DNA of 64,000 bases from Dipteris shenzhenensis (GCA_047967505.1 CM106538.1); one strand, 5' to 3'. Numbered from the stretch's first letter, positions 11,921 through 25,840 are shown. Made by a program: numbers and translations. The notes: generated by a model from the letters alone, not told the origin.

Positions 11921-14825
11921 TCTAGGCACAATTGGTTTTATAGCTCTTGTTCCTACATTCATTGTTGACTAGTGTGTCATGATTCTAGAGTCGTGATTCT
12001 GGATTGTCAGTTTATCAGTTCCCCAGTCATGGAGGACTGATGCTTCCCGTAACCAAGGACATTCCAGTAGATTTGATAGGATTTTTTGGGGAGATCCAAG
12101 ATTGTGAATTGAAGGGAAAAGCGGACTCCTGCAATCTTTGTGGACACGCCATTTACTATTCCCAAGGGTTTAGCCGTAAATCATCGATAAGGTGTATGTT
12201 GAAATTAGCCTTTTGCATTGGTGGGAGACTCCATTCTTCGTAGAGCTCCTTTGATAGCACATTTACACATGCGCCACCATCCACTATGGCTTGGACTTCA
12301 TTATATGCCTTGTGGATCAAAGGCACAATAATGTTGCACATGTCATCTCTCTCACCCATCTGCACAAGGATATTTTCGATGTCGTTTCTAGGTGGAGGGG
12401 GATTTGCGAGTTCAATCCATCCTTTGAAACTCTCCTAGAGATTGGGACAATTCTGTAGGAGGATTCCGATGGGAATTGACTCAGGGCAACTCAGAATGCT
12501 AGAGAGTGCGGCTCCTTCAAGTTGACGTGGTAGTACATTATGTTGTGGAGTCTGTTGTTGGAATAGAGGCTCGAGTATAGTATCAATACTTTGTGGGGCC
12601 AAGTCATTGGGTCTTGAGCTTGTTTCTTAGCCTCAAATTGAGCTTGTTTCTTAGCCTCAAATTGAGATTGTTCCTTTTGTACCCATTGTTGAAGTGCCTA
12701 AAAATGAGCCTTCTCCACCTCTGCATTTGGGTATGGAGCTTCTTTTATTTGAGGCTCGAGAGTTGATGTAAATGAGCTCAGTTGCTCATTACTTGGCAGA
12801 GGTGGAGGCACTTGTGCTTTCTTTTTAAGAAGTCGCTTTGGTTGGATTGGAATGTTATGGTCCTTGGTGGCCTTTTTCTGTTGGCGTGTAATTACATTTA
12901 TAGGTTGTGATATTACGCTTGTTGGACCTAGACTTTGATGGTTCACCCCAATGATGCCGATTGGGATGTCAAGCTTAACCTCTGTTTGTTCTGGGCCTTT
13001 ATTTTTCATGGGACAATCCATACAGGCATGTCCTATGCCACAATCTCTGTAGAGTGGTTGGAAAGTAGCACGGCTACCATGATGAGGGCACTCTGCGATC
13101 CGATGATTTTTGCCACAATCGTAGCACTTGATTGGTGCCGCTCGATATGTGTTGGGACATACTTGATTTGCATAAAATGGTATTAGACCCTCTGCACCTT
13201 CTACATAGTACACTGGGTACTTTGTTTCATACTCAAATGACAAGTCTACTTCCTCAGCTTGTAATTGATGTATTGGAACTGCCTGAGGAGCTAGATTTGG
13301 TGCTCTTGGATATGGTCGTGGACTCGGATTCTTGAGAAGTTGTGGGACTTGTGTTTGAACAGGAACAGGATTTAGCCTCGGAGCTGGGGGTGCTTGTGCA
13401 AGTGCCGGTTGCCTGTACACTGGCATGGGTGCCGCTTGGTATTGTTGAGGTCGAGGTAGGTTGTTGCGCATGTTGAAGATGCAACTATTTTCATCATGGT
13501 CGTCGACGACACAGATATGGCACCACAACCTTGGTGGTGGATTTGCTTGTGTGGTGATCCTAGCTCTTAGGACCGGGCACTCATTTGCTATATGATTGGC
13601 CATACAGTGTGGACACCAGACATTTTCTCGCCGTGGATATGTCTGAGTTGGTGGCTGAGACAAGTGAAGTTTTTGTCCCATGGCCGGCATCATGTCTTCT
13701 TTGAGTTGCATAGTCATGGCCTCTAGGCGATATTCATTTGATGTTTCGGTAGTGGACTTGGATTTGCCTTTTTTTGAGTGCTTATCTCGTGTACTAGATC
13801 TACTGTCATCACTGCTAGTGTCTGAGTTGGTCATGCCATCCTCGATGTCAATGGCTGCCGCATGAGCAGAACTAAACGTTTCATAGCTGCTTATATTTTT
13901 CATATCCTTTCAGATTTTCTTTCTTAGTCCTGTAATGAACCATGCCGTGAGGTACTTTGCATTTGGGTGTGGGTCACATTTGGCGATTAATCTTTTCATC
14001 TTACCCAGGTATGTGCGTACATCTTCTCGACGACCTTGTTTGATCTTGCTTAGTTGGCGAGCGGGATCATCTTGTAGCCTCTTCGTTTGAAAGTGTCATT
14101 TAAATTTTATTTGAAGTAGGTCCCATGTGGCGCGCTCTTCCACTAGAAGGTCTAGGTTCCATTCAAACACTTCATCAATTAAGGCCATGGGAAATCAAGC
14201 CACCTTGGTTTCGTGGGATTGATCTCCACCTGCTCGGCATGCTGCATCAAAATGCTGGAGGAAACGGGCTGGATCTCCCCTACCATTGTATTTGGGAAGT
14301 TCCAGTTTTCTCAAGGGGTGCCTACCTTGAGTGTTACTATTTCTTTGATTAAAGAAATTGTTAGCCTCTACATCGAGGTCGATATCCCCATCATTGTCGC
14401 GATGGCATCCAGCCATGTTGTGGCGTGGAGGAGGTAAAGGGAGTGATGGAATCTCAGGGGGGGATTCGAGGTAGAGGATTGTCGGGGGTGGTGGTTGCAG
14501 TGGAGTTGTATGCAAATTTGGCAAGCGTTGGAGTCGGAGGCATTGGCTGGAACGTAGCTGCATGCAAATTGAGTGAGATTTACAAAGGGTGTCTCTGCCG
14601 CAAGTGCAGATGTGGATGTAGTTATGTTGGGAGGGTTAGAGTGGTGTTAATTTGGGTAGGGACCGTCGTGTTAACAATGTGCCTAAGATTGTCCTACGTG
14701 TGTAGGGAACTATGTCGGTGCAGGCGGATCGTTAATCGAACGTCACGACGTGAAGATACGACCAAATTTGTGCGAAACGAGGCCCATACAGGGGCATGAA
14801 TGAGCGAGTGCTAGGGATGCCAAAA

Positions 14826-15466
14826 TGATGTGAAATGGGCTGGAAAAATACCCCGTAGCATGGTGTTTTCATGTGTGAAATCTGGGTTCAAATGGGGTCC
14901 AGTTTGGGTCCCAAACCGATGAGTTAAGAGGGGTTAAAGTAGGGGTAAAATTGGCTTTTTGGGGAGGGGTTGTCTTAAGGGTGGTTTGAATGGACTTTAA
15001 GTCCAATTGAGGGGTTTGAACCAAGATAATTCTAGTTAGATAAACTAACCTATCTCCTCCCAGTTACTGTAACTGGGAGGTTAATCTAACTACTCTTACT
15101 GACTATAGTTAGTTACAAACTGAAGGTTAATTAGACTAACCTAGCTATTAGTAACTAACCTAACTAAGTAAGACTAACCTAACCTAGGTTAAACTAACCT
15201 AAGGTTAAATGAATGCTTAGGTTAGGTTTACATATATATATATATAAAATAGATTTTTGTTAGGGGGGGAATTCTGCGTTACAGCGGCGAGGGGGTTTGA
15301 GCAGCGGCGGGGGGGGTGGAGGGTCCAGGGGAGAGGAGGGGAGGATGGAGGGGAGGGGAGGGGGGGTGGAGGCTGAGGGCATGGGCAAGCGGGGCATGGC
15401 GCGACGGGCGGGGCGGGGCATGACGGGGCGCAGATGGGCAGGGCAAGCGAGGCGCGGGGCGAAGGG

Positions 15467-15530
<64 letters not shown>

Positions 15531-15568
15531 AGAAAAGAGAGAGTGAGAGAGAGAAAGAGAGAGTGGGA

Positions 15569-15643
<75 letters not shown>

Positions 15644-15646
15644 GGA

Positions 15647-15686
<40 letters not shown>

Positions 15687-15713
15687 GGGGGGGGAAGAGA
15701 GAGAGAGAGGGGG

Positions 15714-15767
<54 letters not shown>

Positions 15768-16026
15768 AAGAAAGTTTATTAAAGTCTTCGGGAGACCATG
15801 AAGGTCTATGAGACTAAAGATAACTGATACAATGAGCATAACGGTGGCGATCTCAAAACGAGCCAGCCAACCGTTTCTACAAAAAAGAGGTTATGAAGGA
15901 CGGTGTGTCTAGTCCTGATACAAAAAATATGTGTCTACCTCCAGATGATACAAAAAAGAAGGGGGGGGCACCAAAAATGGGGTAGAGGGGGGAGATACAA
16001 TATATATGTGTAGGTGGTGATCATCA
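14826..16026 (-). repeat. Probable 5' LTR of Gypsy G (no partner LTR in window)
   Basis: TGATG...CATCA terminal inverted repeat; PBS-like TGGCATCCCTAGC (14810-14822, minus strand) lies between it and gag. Confidence 0.6.
15469..15772. repeat. Compound (GA)n microsatellite
   Basis: About 300 bp of interrupted GA dinucleotide runs. Confidence 0.95.
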
Positions 16027-17166
16027 GAGACCAATCATAGAGGGGCTGTCAAATGGGAGGCCGAAAAAGACCCTGCGATAGATGATTGGCCTTTGACATC
16101 ATGCGGCCTAGTCGAGCTCGGTCGTCGAGGGCGGCGGGTGGCACTGTGGATGAGGGCAACGGTAACCCTAGTGGGGTGGGCAGAGAGCAGAGACAAGATG
16201 TCATGGACCCGGATGTGTGAGTTTGTCTGCTGGCGCAGCTGTCGTGGGGGGGGAGAGAGAGAGAGGGGGGGGATGGGGGGGGGGGGGGGAGGGGGTGGTG
16301 AAGGGGGTGAGGGAGTGGTGGAGGGGGGGTGGTGGTAGTGGAAGGGGGAAAGGGTGGTGGAGATGGAGGGGGGGTGGGGGGGGAAATGAGGGAGGGAGGG
16401 GGAAAAGGGGTGGTGGAGATGGAGAGGGGTGGGGGGAGGGGAAATGGAGGGAGGGAGGGGGTGATGGAGCAAGGGGAGAAGAAAAAAGAAAAAAGAAAAA
16501 ACTTGACGGACAGAAAACTTTGACAAAAAACAAAAAACTTTGACGAAAATCCAAATGGAGGAAGAGATGGTCACCTGAACGCTCTCCAAGTCTTTCTTGA
16601 TGTAATAGGATTGTTGAGGACCAATGGATGGTGGGTGGATGGCTAGGTTATCGTTGCTGCGAGATAGGCTCGAAGTCACTTACCATGTGAGGATGGGAGT
16701 AGGGTGGTGGTCGATGGAGAGGGAGGAGTGTCTTGCGTAGGGCTTGGAATGGGGGAGAGGATGGAGGCAAGATGTGAAAGATGAAGAATGAGGGGGTGGA
16801 GTGGGTTTTTGTAGGAAATGGGATTAGGTTTAGGGTTAAATCCTAAACTCTTCCCGAGCCATAACTTTTTATGGTTAGCTCAGTTTGCTCTTCTTCAACA
16901 AGGTGAAATGATCGAAATTGCAAGCTCTATGCATTCGTGTCCACTACCTAGCTTGATTGTTTATCAAGTGGCTTCTTTTTAAGAAATGAAGAAAATTTCT
17001 TAAGGTAGTAACCCAAGGTTGATGCTTGGGGTTGATATGTTTGGCTAGAAATGGAAAAAATTTTATTTTCCTTGCCCTTGAGTGTTATGTTTGTGAAAGT
17101 TCGAAGTAGTTTGTTTTTTTTCACACATACCTACGTATGTTTTCTTGTTACTTGAGACACTAATCT

Positions 17167-17183
17167 CCTCGGTAGCAATGCCA
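17167..17183 (-). other. Decayed PBS of A, resembling tRNA-Asp type (TGGCGCCGTTGCCGGGG)
   Basis: Minus strand reads TGGCATTGCTACCGAGG, 2 nt from the LTR; differences are transitions. Confidence 0.65.
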
Positions 17184-17185
17184 AA

Positions 17186-18100
17186 TGTTGGCTCTTTCCC
17201 ACGGCTTTCGCAGGAAGAGTAAGGTATTCTCAGTATGCAGGGTTTCGAGGCTTTTTGACACCTACAGATATATCAAAGTTGTCATTTGTAGTATACGTGT
17301 AGCTTAGGACCTTGAGTCATGTTCTGGTGAGAGATGTAGGCTTAATTATGGTAAGCAAACATATAACTCGCATGTATAGAAGGAATGTGTATCATCATGG
17401 TTGAGGTAATGAAGGCTTTCGTTTTCATTGGGCATTGCAGGGTTTAGGAGGAGTTCAAGGGTTAGAGGGAGGTTGAGGGTTTAGAAGGAGGTTCCAAGGT
17501 TTAGAAGGAGGTTCCAAGGTTTAGAAGGAGGTTCTAGAGTTTAGAAGAGGTTCCAAGGTTTAGAGTAGAGTACATGGTGGAGAACTCATCTCCCTCATAG
17601 ATCATGGAGATTAAGGGTTGAGGAACTAAGGGTTTAGGGGGAGCATAGGAGTAGGAGAGGAAGAAGGTGTAAGAGCTTGGGGGAAAGAAGAGAGAGGAGG
17701 GAGGAGGAGGAGGAGGAGGAGGGAGGAGGAAGGAGGAGAAGGGAGGAGGAGAGGGGAGGAGGAGAGAGGAGGAGGAGGAGGAGGGAGGAAGAGGAGGAAG
17801 AGGGAGGAGGAGAAGGGAGGAGGAGGAGGGAGGAGGAGAGGGAGAGGATGGGTTGCAAGGTTGGAGGAGAGGGGAGGAGTTGCAAGGTTAGGACATCCTT
17901 TTGGATGTGGAGTGCAAGGAAGCATGGATACTTGAGACAATTGCTTGGAATACCAAAGTAGAACTCAACACAATGTCCCAAAGAGTGTGGGCTTCATTCC
18001 ATTATGGGGTATTTATACAAGTTGGAGAGCTTCTCTCTTTGCATGTAGGAATTGTAAGACATTCTTTCTCTACATGTAGAACTTGCACATAGAAGTCGTA
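17186..18100 (-). repeat. Left part of A's split 5' LTR
   Basis: Colinear with 7129-~8020; breaks off inside the 13-bp minisatellite. Confidence 0.9.
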
Positions 18101-21100
18101 GATGGTGCGTTGATATGTGGATCGAGCGGCCGTGCTCCTGGACCGTTTAATTGCCACGCAGGAGGACAATGCTGAATTTCGAGCTGGAATGACTCAGCAT
18201 GTGTTGGGCTACCTTGTAGCAGGAGCAAGTGACGAATTTTGCCTCAAGCTTAAATGGGAGAATCCAGAAACTATGGTCCTAGCACATGAGATTGCTCAAA
18301 AGTTTGATAAAGTTCAGTCTGTGACCGCGCTTCAAAGAAGATGATTGTCCCTCCACAACCCCCTCAATTCTTGCAACAACAGCCTGGGGGATCTAACTCA
18401 GGGGCATACTCCCACCCCCCATCAGGGATGTATCCACCGCCTCCACCTTAAATGTATGGTCCTCCCTTAGATGCTTACCCCCAACAAGGTATATATTCTC
18501 ACCCTCCGCCTCGAAGATTTCCCTAGCCTCACCCACAAGCCCCCCTCCTTTCTACTCCCTCAGTCCCTCTAGCTAAAGAGGCCCCCCTGCAAAAGAACCC
18601 GGAGTCAATGACCTAGCCAAGGCCCTGAATGATCTTCGACTTGAGATGGTGGGCATCAAAAATCAAGCCAACCGCCCTCCAAGAGACCGTGCTAATGTTG
18701 TATGCTACGAGTGCCACCAGAAGGATCATTATCACACGGAATGTCCCAATATTCCCAGGGTGAGTCTTCTAAGTGAATCTGGCACTGAGGATTCTGATGT
18801 AGAGATCCTTGACCTCGAGAAAAGAAGTCGTACCACCTCGGACCCCTCTCCAAACCATGGACCCGGCTGCCCTAGGAAGAAGGTGTCCTTCTCAGAGCCC
18901 TCAGATGCTAAGATGGCAGACCCACCAATAGAGAAGACTAAAAGATCTCGCAGGAGTAAGTGGTCACCCTCGGATTTTTCCATCGGCTCGGGGCAAGAAG
19001 ACTATTTGGTCATTTAGGACCTTGCTCATCGTTCTTTGAGCATCATGCTCCCTCAACTAATAGCATTAAGCTCTAAGGTGAGACGTGAGCTGCAGCAAGG
19101 GCTCTTAACAAGGAGGAGCAAGAAAAAGGGAAAGGTACGAGAGGTCTCTTCTATCTCTGAAGAAATTGATCGGCACCCACATACAATAGATGTCATAATA
19201 GATAATTGTCATGTCAAAAATGTGTGTGTTGATGGGGGAGCTGCATGTAATATCATGGTGCCCCGAATCATGAAGAAATTAAATTTGAAATGCACAAGGC
19301 ATTTCTCCACTTGAATCAAGGTAGCAGATGGTCGACGACTCGCCACCCTGGGAGTCATTGAGGATTTGACCATCACTGTCAATGGGTTGACCACCACCGT
19401 CAATTTCTATGTAGTGGACATCGAAGATACAGGAAGGAGTTACCCAGCCATACTCAGGAGACCATGGTTGAGAAAGAGTGATGCAGTCAGCTATTGGAAG
19501 ACATGACACATGTCTTTTGGTGCTTCTAAGGAGAAGATCCCGGTGCAACCAGGTGCCACGGAGCCACAAGAAGAAGAGGAGCAAGACAGTGATACTCTCA
19601 TCCTCGGTGTCTGAATCAATGGAAGGATCAGATGGGGGGAGGAGTTCTCATATGAGGAAGTTTACATGATGGGGGTGTCTCCAACCCTGCCACCTACAGA
19701 AAAGGTAACAACTAGTCCTCAACAGCTTGAATCTATGCTTTCCCCAGACCTCACTCCAAGTGAGAAAGATGAGTTCCTAGAAATGTTCAAAGATTTCCCT
19801 GATCTTTTTGTAACTAGCTACTGCCACCTTCGCCATGTGACTACCATAGAATACAAGATAGAGCTGAAGCCTATGCAAAGCCTGTGGCTCAGAAGTATCG
19901 GAGATTAGGGCCCCTACAGACCAATGCTTTGCGCTCAGAGTTGCAGAAACTTGTAGAAGCTTGGTTTATTGTTCCAGTTCACAATACTGAATGGGTTTCA
20001 CTAGTGGTAGTCACCCCAAAGAAAAACAACAAGTGGCGGGTCTGCATCGACTATAAGAAACTCAATGCAGCCACCAAGAGGGACCATCATCCTCTTCCCT
20101 TTCAAGACCTCATTCTTGAGAAGGTAAGTGGTCATGAGATGTATACTTTCTGTGATGGTTACTCCGGGTTTTATCAAATCAGAATTGCCGAAGAAGATGT
20201 CCTTAAAACCACATTTACCACACCCTGGTGGGGGACATTTGCATTCAAAATAATGCCATTTGGCCTCACCAATGCTCTTGCTACCTTTCAAAGATTTATG
20301 CAGATGGTGTTTGCTCCTTATTTGGGGGATTTCTTGGAGGTGTTTTTAGATGATTTTTGTATATTCTCATCACGTAAGGAGCACGTCATGAAGGTTAGGT
20401 TGGCCTTCCAAAGGGTCAATGATGCGAATGGCAGTCTCAACCCTGAGAAATGCACCATTGGAGCCACTCAAGGGAGGTTACTGGGACATATTGTCTCATC
20501 CGAGGGCGTCAAGCCCTGACCCCAAGAAGGTAGAAGCCATCCTCAAGCTCTCCCCACCAACAACCAAATGTCAGTTACGCTCATTTGTCAATCTAGCAGG
20601 ATACTATCGCCGCTTCATTGATCAATATGTAGCTTTGACACGACCCATGACTATGCTATTAAAAGATGGGGTTGATTTCTCTTAGGATGAGGATTGTGAT
20701 CATGGGTTTGCACAAATCAAGAATGCTTTGGCTTTAGAACCCATTCTATGCAATCCAGATTGGTCAAAGTCTTTCTATATCAATCCTGGGTTTGGTGAGC
20801 ACACTCTGGCAGGTATTCTTCTCCAGCAAGGGGAGGATCGGTTCATGTATCCTGTTCGATTTGCTTCTCGACAATTGCTCGACACTGAGCGACGCTATTC
20901 AGAGGCTGACAAGCATGCCTTGTCTTTGGTGTTCTGCATTGAGAAATTTAAGCATTATGTGGCTGGAAAGTCCTTCATTATACTCACTAGCATTGGTCTT
21001 GCAAAGCAAGTTCTGCAATCACCAAATCCCATGGGCCGGTTGGCCAAATGGTTGGTAGTTTTACAAGAATATGATTTTTTTTTCAAAATTGTAAAAGAGG

Positions 21101-22487
21101 GTTGTTCCAACTTGAAGAATGCTTTGATTGATTTAGAGGAGTGCCTTGATGTAACCCTTGTAGCGGCCATAGAAGTTGGGGATCCATGGTATAGTGGTAT
21201 CTATAGGTTTCTAATTGCTTTCTTCTTTCATCTGGAAAGTACTAGCTATGAGAGAAAGAAGATCCGAAGAGATAGTAGGCGCTACACTCTCTTTGATGGG
21301 GTCTTGTACCGTCAAGGCATGAAGAAAAAAGAAAAGCAAGGGAACTAGAGCGATGGACATAGAGGGAAAACAAACCAAGCTTTATTGCAACAAACTAGAG
21401 ACTATACAGCTAAGAAGATTTTACATGCTGGATACTATTGGCTGACCTTGTTCAAGGATGTCACTTTGTATTGCAAAACCTGTGAACCATGCCAATTCTT
21501 TGGTAGGAAGGATTTGTGTCCTGGGCAACACATCTAGTGATGTCCATCCATCCGTTTCAGAAGTGGGGAATAGATTTTGTCGGGCCCTTGCCCATGACTG
21601 CCTACAAAAAGAAGTATCTTTTGGTAGCCACTCAGTATGTCACTAAGTGGGCTGAAGCTATCACCCTCCCCACTGCAAATGGTAAGGTAGTTTTAAATTT
21701 CATATTTGAACGTATCTACACAAGGTTTGGGACACCCATGGAAATAGTATCTGACCATGGGAGTCCATTCTTAAATGAAGCAGTGGAATTGCTCATGGAT
21801 TGCATGGGTATTGATCATCGCACTTCTAGCATCTATTATCCAGCATCCATGGGTTAAATGGAGTAGACCAATGGCCTCCTTTGTAAAACCATGGGAAAAA
21901 TGGCCACAAGGAATAGGAGCCAGTGGGATCAGAAGGTCACTAAAGCCGTGTGGGCTTACAATATTTCTCATAAAACATCTACAGGTCACACTCCTTTTGA
22001 GTTAGTGTATGGTACTGAGGCAGTTTTACCACTAGAGATAGAGATTTCGGCCTTGAGATTGGCACAAGAATAGAGGATGACAGAAGATGAACATGTAGAG
22101 GCCAGATTGGTACAACTTGAGAAGTTAGATGAAACCCGACGCCTTGCACTACACCAAATAGAGATCCAAAAGAATCGACAAAAGGCCCGCTTGATGCTAA
22201 GATTTGCAAGGGATGGGAAAGACACTTTGCGAGCACTTTGCTGAAGGGGATGTTGTGCTATGCTTTGATAACAGATTGGACTACCAAATGGATAAGAAGT
22301 TTCTGCCACTGTGGACCGATCCATACAAAGTCATCAAGGAACGTAGCAATGGGTCTGTACAAGTTCAGGAGCTGCATGAGCCATATGGCAAGAAGGTGAT
22401 TAACAAGCGTTACCTCAAGCCCTTCTTTGTGCGTGATGGGGACCCAGGCATGGAAATGCTATGCATTCCCTGCCTGGGGGGGGGAAC
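18100..22487 (+). pseudogene. Gypsy B (non-chromovirus): gag C-half, Zn knuckle, protease, RT, eroded RNase H, integrase
   Basis: CYECHQKDHYHTEC; VDGGAACNIM; FCDGYSGFYQI/MPFGLTNA/VFLDD; PFQKWGIDFVGPL, SDHG, TPFELVYG; no chromodomain; G-run PPT at 22476-22486. Confidence 0.93.
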
Positions 22488-23264
22488 TGTTATGGATAAA
22501 TTTGACCAAAGTAAAAAGGCATAAATATGTGTGTGTGTTTGTATGTGTGGCAATAATATAATAAAATATGGTGTGCATAGGGCCCAGGGTTTGAGGTGGC
22601 AGGGCATGACCATGTGCCACCCTTCCACATAAGTGGACCCATAAGGTGTGATGTACATAATCCATGGTAGTAATATTATAAAATGTAAGGTGGCATGGCT
22701 CCTCCATGTGCCACCCCTCCACCTAGGCTACATTTAGTGAGATATGGCCCAAAGTCCATGGGAGAAGTAATATAAAATACGTGGAGATGGATATTATATT
22801 GGGTTATTCCCTCCATGTAGGCCCATGTGGGGGAGGTATAGAAGGTCCAAGAGAGCAAGTTAAATAATGGGGAAAGTAGGATGAGGTGGCAAGATTCCTT
22901 GTGCCAACCCTCCACTTGTCCTCCTAGAGGTTTGAATGTATTATAAAATTGGGGAGAGACCAAGGGAGTATCATAGACTTGAGATATGGGGCTTGATTTA
23001 TGTGGAAAAATGAGGCAAAGGGTTGTCACACATAATTGAGAGTGCGTAACTGCCTAGCCCACATGGGAGGCTTTTCCACACGCACCATGCATGTGGGAGG
23101 ATGCATTTATTGGGAGAGACCCCCTCTCTTGGCTATAAAAGGAGGGGGCTATTCCTTGATGAGACATGCTCATTCTTGTAAAGCCACCTAGCTAGTACTT
23201 TGATATTTCCCCCATCCTTTCTTTCAAATAAAACATGACCCTCTTCCCTTGATGTCTCCATCTC
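22488..23264 (+). repeat. 3' LTR of B, truncated by deletion
   Basis: Starts tgttatggataaatttg after the PPT; matches 40303-41083. Confidence 0.92.
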
Positions 23265-25840
23265 CAAGGGTCTAGAATCTGGAGAATTAGCTCGCCACTG
23301 AGAAGTTTAATGAAGGAGAGACAGCAGAGGCATTCATAACTGAATAAAAAATCTACGTGACTAGATGGCTGGTGTTGGGATACAAAAGACTAGCGAAGAG
23401 CTAGCTCGGTGGTGTCTCTGGATATGTCCACCAAGGTCTGATGGAGTGGTAACGGCGATAACACTCAGGCGAGACCCCAACCATTGTCATTTGAGGAGTT
23501 TTGTGCTTTACTTATGGAGGAGGAATTAAGGCTTAAAGCTCAAGATGGAGGCAGCAATGGGAATGCTACGTTCTCTGCCACTACAAAAGGCAAAGCTGGT
23601 TCCTCCACCAAAGGTGAGTCCTCTACTAGTGGAGACAAAAAGAAGAAGGGTGACAAGAAGAAGTTTCAGGGAGAATGCTTCTACTGCAAGAAGAAGGGCC
23701 ATGTGATTGCAGATTGCCGAGTCAAGAAAGTAGATGAAAGAATGGTACCCTGAAGAAGACAGATAAGGGGAAAGAGACAACTAACACAGCAGAAGCAAAG
23801 TTGAATCTATTTTTGGCCATTGAGGAAGAGTGTTCCTCAGTTCAAGAAGCATCAACCACTAATTCATGGGTGTTGGATAGTGGTGCCTCTCGTCACATGA
23901 GTTGCAAGAAGGGTCTATATTTTTCCATGCAGCCTCTACAGGAACCCATCACTGAAGGAGATCATAGCGAGCCACGATGTGGTGTTCAAGGAGTAGCCAC
24001 ATGCAGTGGAGGCAGAGAAGTGCTCTTCCACTTTATCAACAAGTGAAGAGGTAATTCACTATGGACCTGTCCCAGGAGCTATAAAGGAGGAGGAAATAAT
24101 AGATGATGAAGGTATAAGTCACCAACCTGTTGTTACACCACCGAAAAAGCCATTGCTGCAATGGGTAAGGCAGCTCTACGACCATGATAACTAGATGCCT
24201 ATGTCTATTGAGCAGCATGCAAATGGACCAAGGCGGTCTTAGAGAATCAAGGAGCAAAGGAGGGCTTTTGCTCACATAGTCAATATGGCCTTGATGGCTG
24301 AGATTATTACAGAAGTAAAGGAGCTTGCGAGTTTGGAGGAAGCACTTGCAGACCGAGATTGGAAAAATGCTATGCAAGTAGAATATGACAACATCATGAA
24401 GAATGAAACTTGGGAGCTGGTAGATCGACCACCTAATAGAAAGGTTATTGGCACCAAGTGGGTTTGGAAGGTAAAGTACAAGGCCGATGGGACTTTGGAA
24501 AAGTACAAAGCCAGATTGGTTGCACAAGGATTTTTGTAGGTTGAAGGGTTTGATTTTCAAGAATCTTTTGCTCCGACTGCCAGAATGACCACTATTCGCA
24601 TAGTACTATCGGTGGCTGCTCATAAAAAAGTGGCCAGTTTATCAAATGGATGTTAAATCAACATTCTTGAATGGTGACCTCAAGGAGGAGGTGTACGTGG
24701 CTCAGCCACCTAGGTTTGAGGCCCCCCATTCTAAGAACAAGGTATGTAAGCTGAAGAAGGCATTGTACGGACTGAAACAGGCCCCAAGAGCATGGTACCA
24801 ATGGATAGACCAATTCTTTCATAAATTAAACTTCAAAAGATGTACCTCAGATGCTAACTTGTATGTGTACAGGAAAGGTGGAAAATCTGCTATTATTGTT
24901 CTATATGTGGATGATCTCCTTATTACAGGTGACTATGAAGACACGATCCATCAAACTAGAAAGGTGTTGATCACAGAATTTGAGATGATAGACTTAGGCT
25001 TGATGCACTACTGTTTGGGGATTGAAGTCTGGCAAGAGCCAAGCAAGAACTTCATCTCTCAACAGAAATATGCAAGGGAGATCTTGAAGGCATTTGGTAT
25101 GTCCGAGTGCAAGGAGATAGCTACACCTATGGAGGCAAATGCGAGGTTGTCTATGAACCTCACCACCAACAGACATTGGGAGGTATGGGAAGTTGGTCGG
25201 CAGTCTCATCTATTTGTGCAACACCAGACCGGACATCAGATTTGCTGTTGGCGTTTTGAGCAGGTTCTCCAATAAGCCTCGGGAGAATCATTGGAATGCA
25301 GGGATGTGGGTGCTCAAGTATGTGAAGGGCACTCTTGATTATGGCATCACTTATGGTATGGGCACTTCCTTGGCTGGTCATTATGACTCGGATTGGGCTG
25401 GAGATGTTGATTCTAGGAAATCAGTTTCTGGATATTGTTTCTCTTTAGGTTCAGGTATCTTCTCTTGGATCAGTAAGAAACAACCAATAGTGGCATTGTC
25501 TTCTACCAAGGCTGAGTACAAGGCAACATGTTTTGCTGCTTGTGAAGTAGTGTGGCTGAGGAGGATCTTATGGCACATGGGAGTGTAAGAGGATGAGGCA
25601 ACTGTGCTGAGGTGTGACAATTAAAGTTGCATGGCCATTGCTAAAAATCCAGTGTTTCATGCATGCACAAAACATATAGAGATTCAGTATCACTATGTGC
25701 ATGATTTGATCGAGGACGGGATAGTGGAATTGGTCTACTGTCCAACAGAGCAAAATGGAGCAGATATCTTTACCAAGGCACTCGGGAAGGATAAGCTTCA
25801 GGGTCATCTTCAGAGACTCAACAGTGGGCCGAGAAGGTAG
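23265..25840 (+). pseudogene. Copia C polyprotein relic (gag, protease, RT, RNase H); integrase deleted
   Basis: [85 protein letters not shown]; protease joins the post-integrase DVVF region near 23955. Confidence 0.93.

Larger units (their letters stand above)
8560..14416 (-). pseudogene. Decayed Ty3/Gypsy gag-pol of element G (gag with several Zn knuckles, protease, RT, RNase H, N-half of integrase)
   Basis: gag LPKYNGRGDPARFLQHF; protease VDGGACVNVL (12156-12365); RT FDGFSDYNQV/MPFGLCNAPATF/VFLDD; RH TEREALAM; integrase PFEKWGIDYVGPI near 8600; stops and frameshifts throughout. Confidence 0.92.

Noticed and set aside
15279-15839. SL/RE-repeat ORFs (also 7463-7903, 16035-16679, 17626-17981, 55588-56269, 57431-57767)
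   Set aside because: Translations of microsatellites and purine tracts
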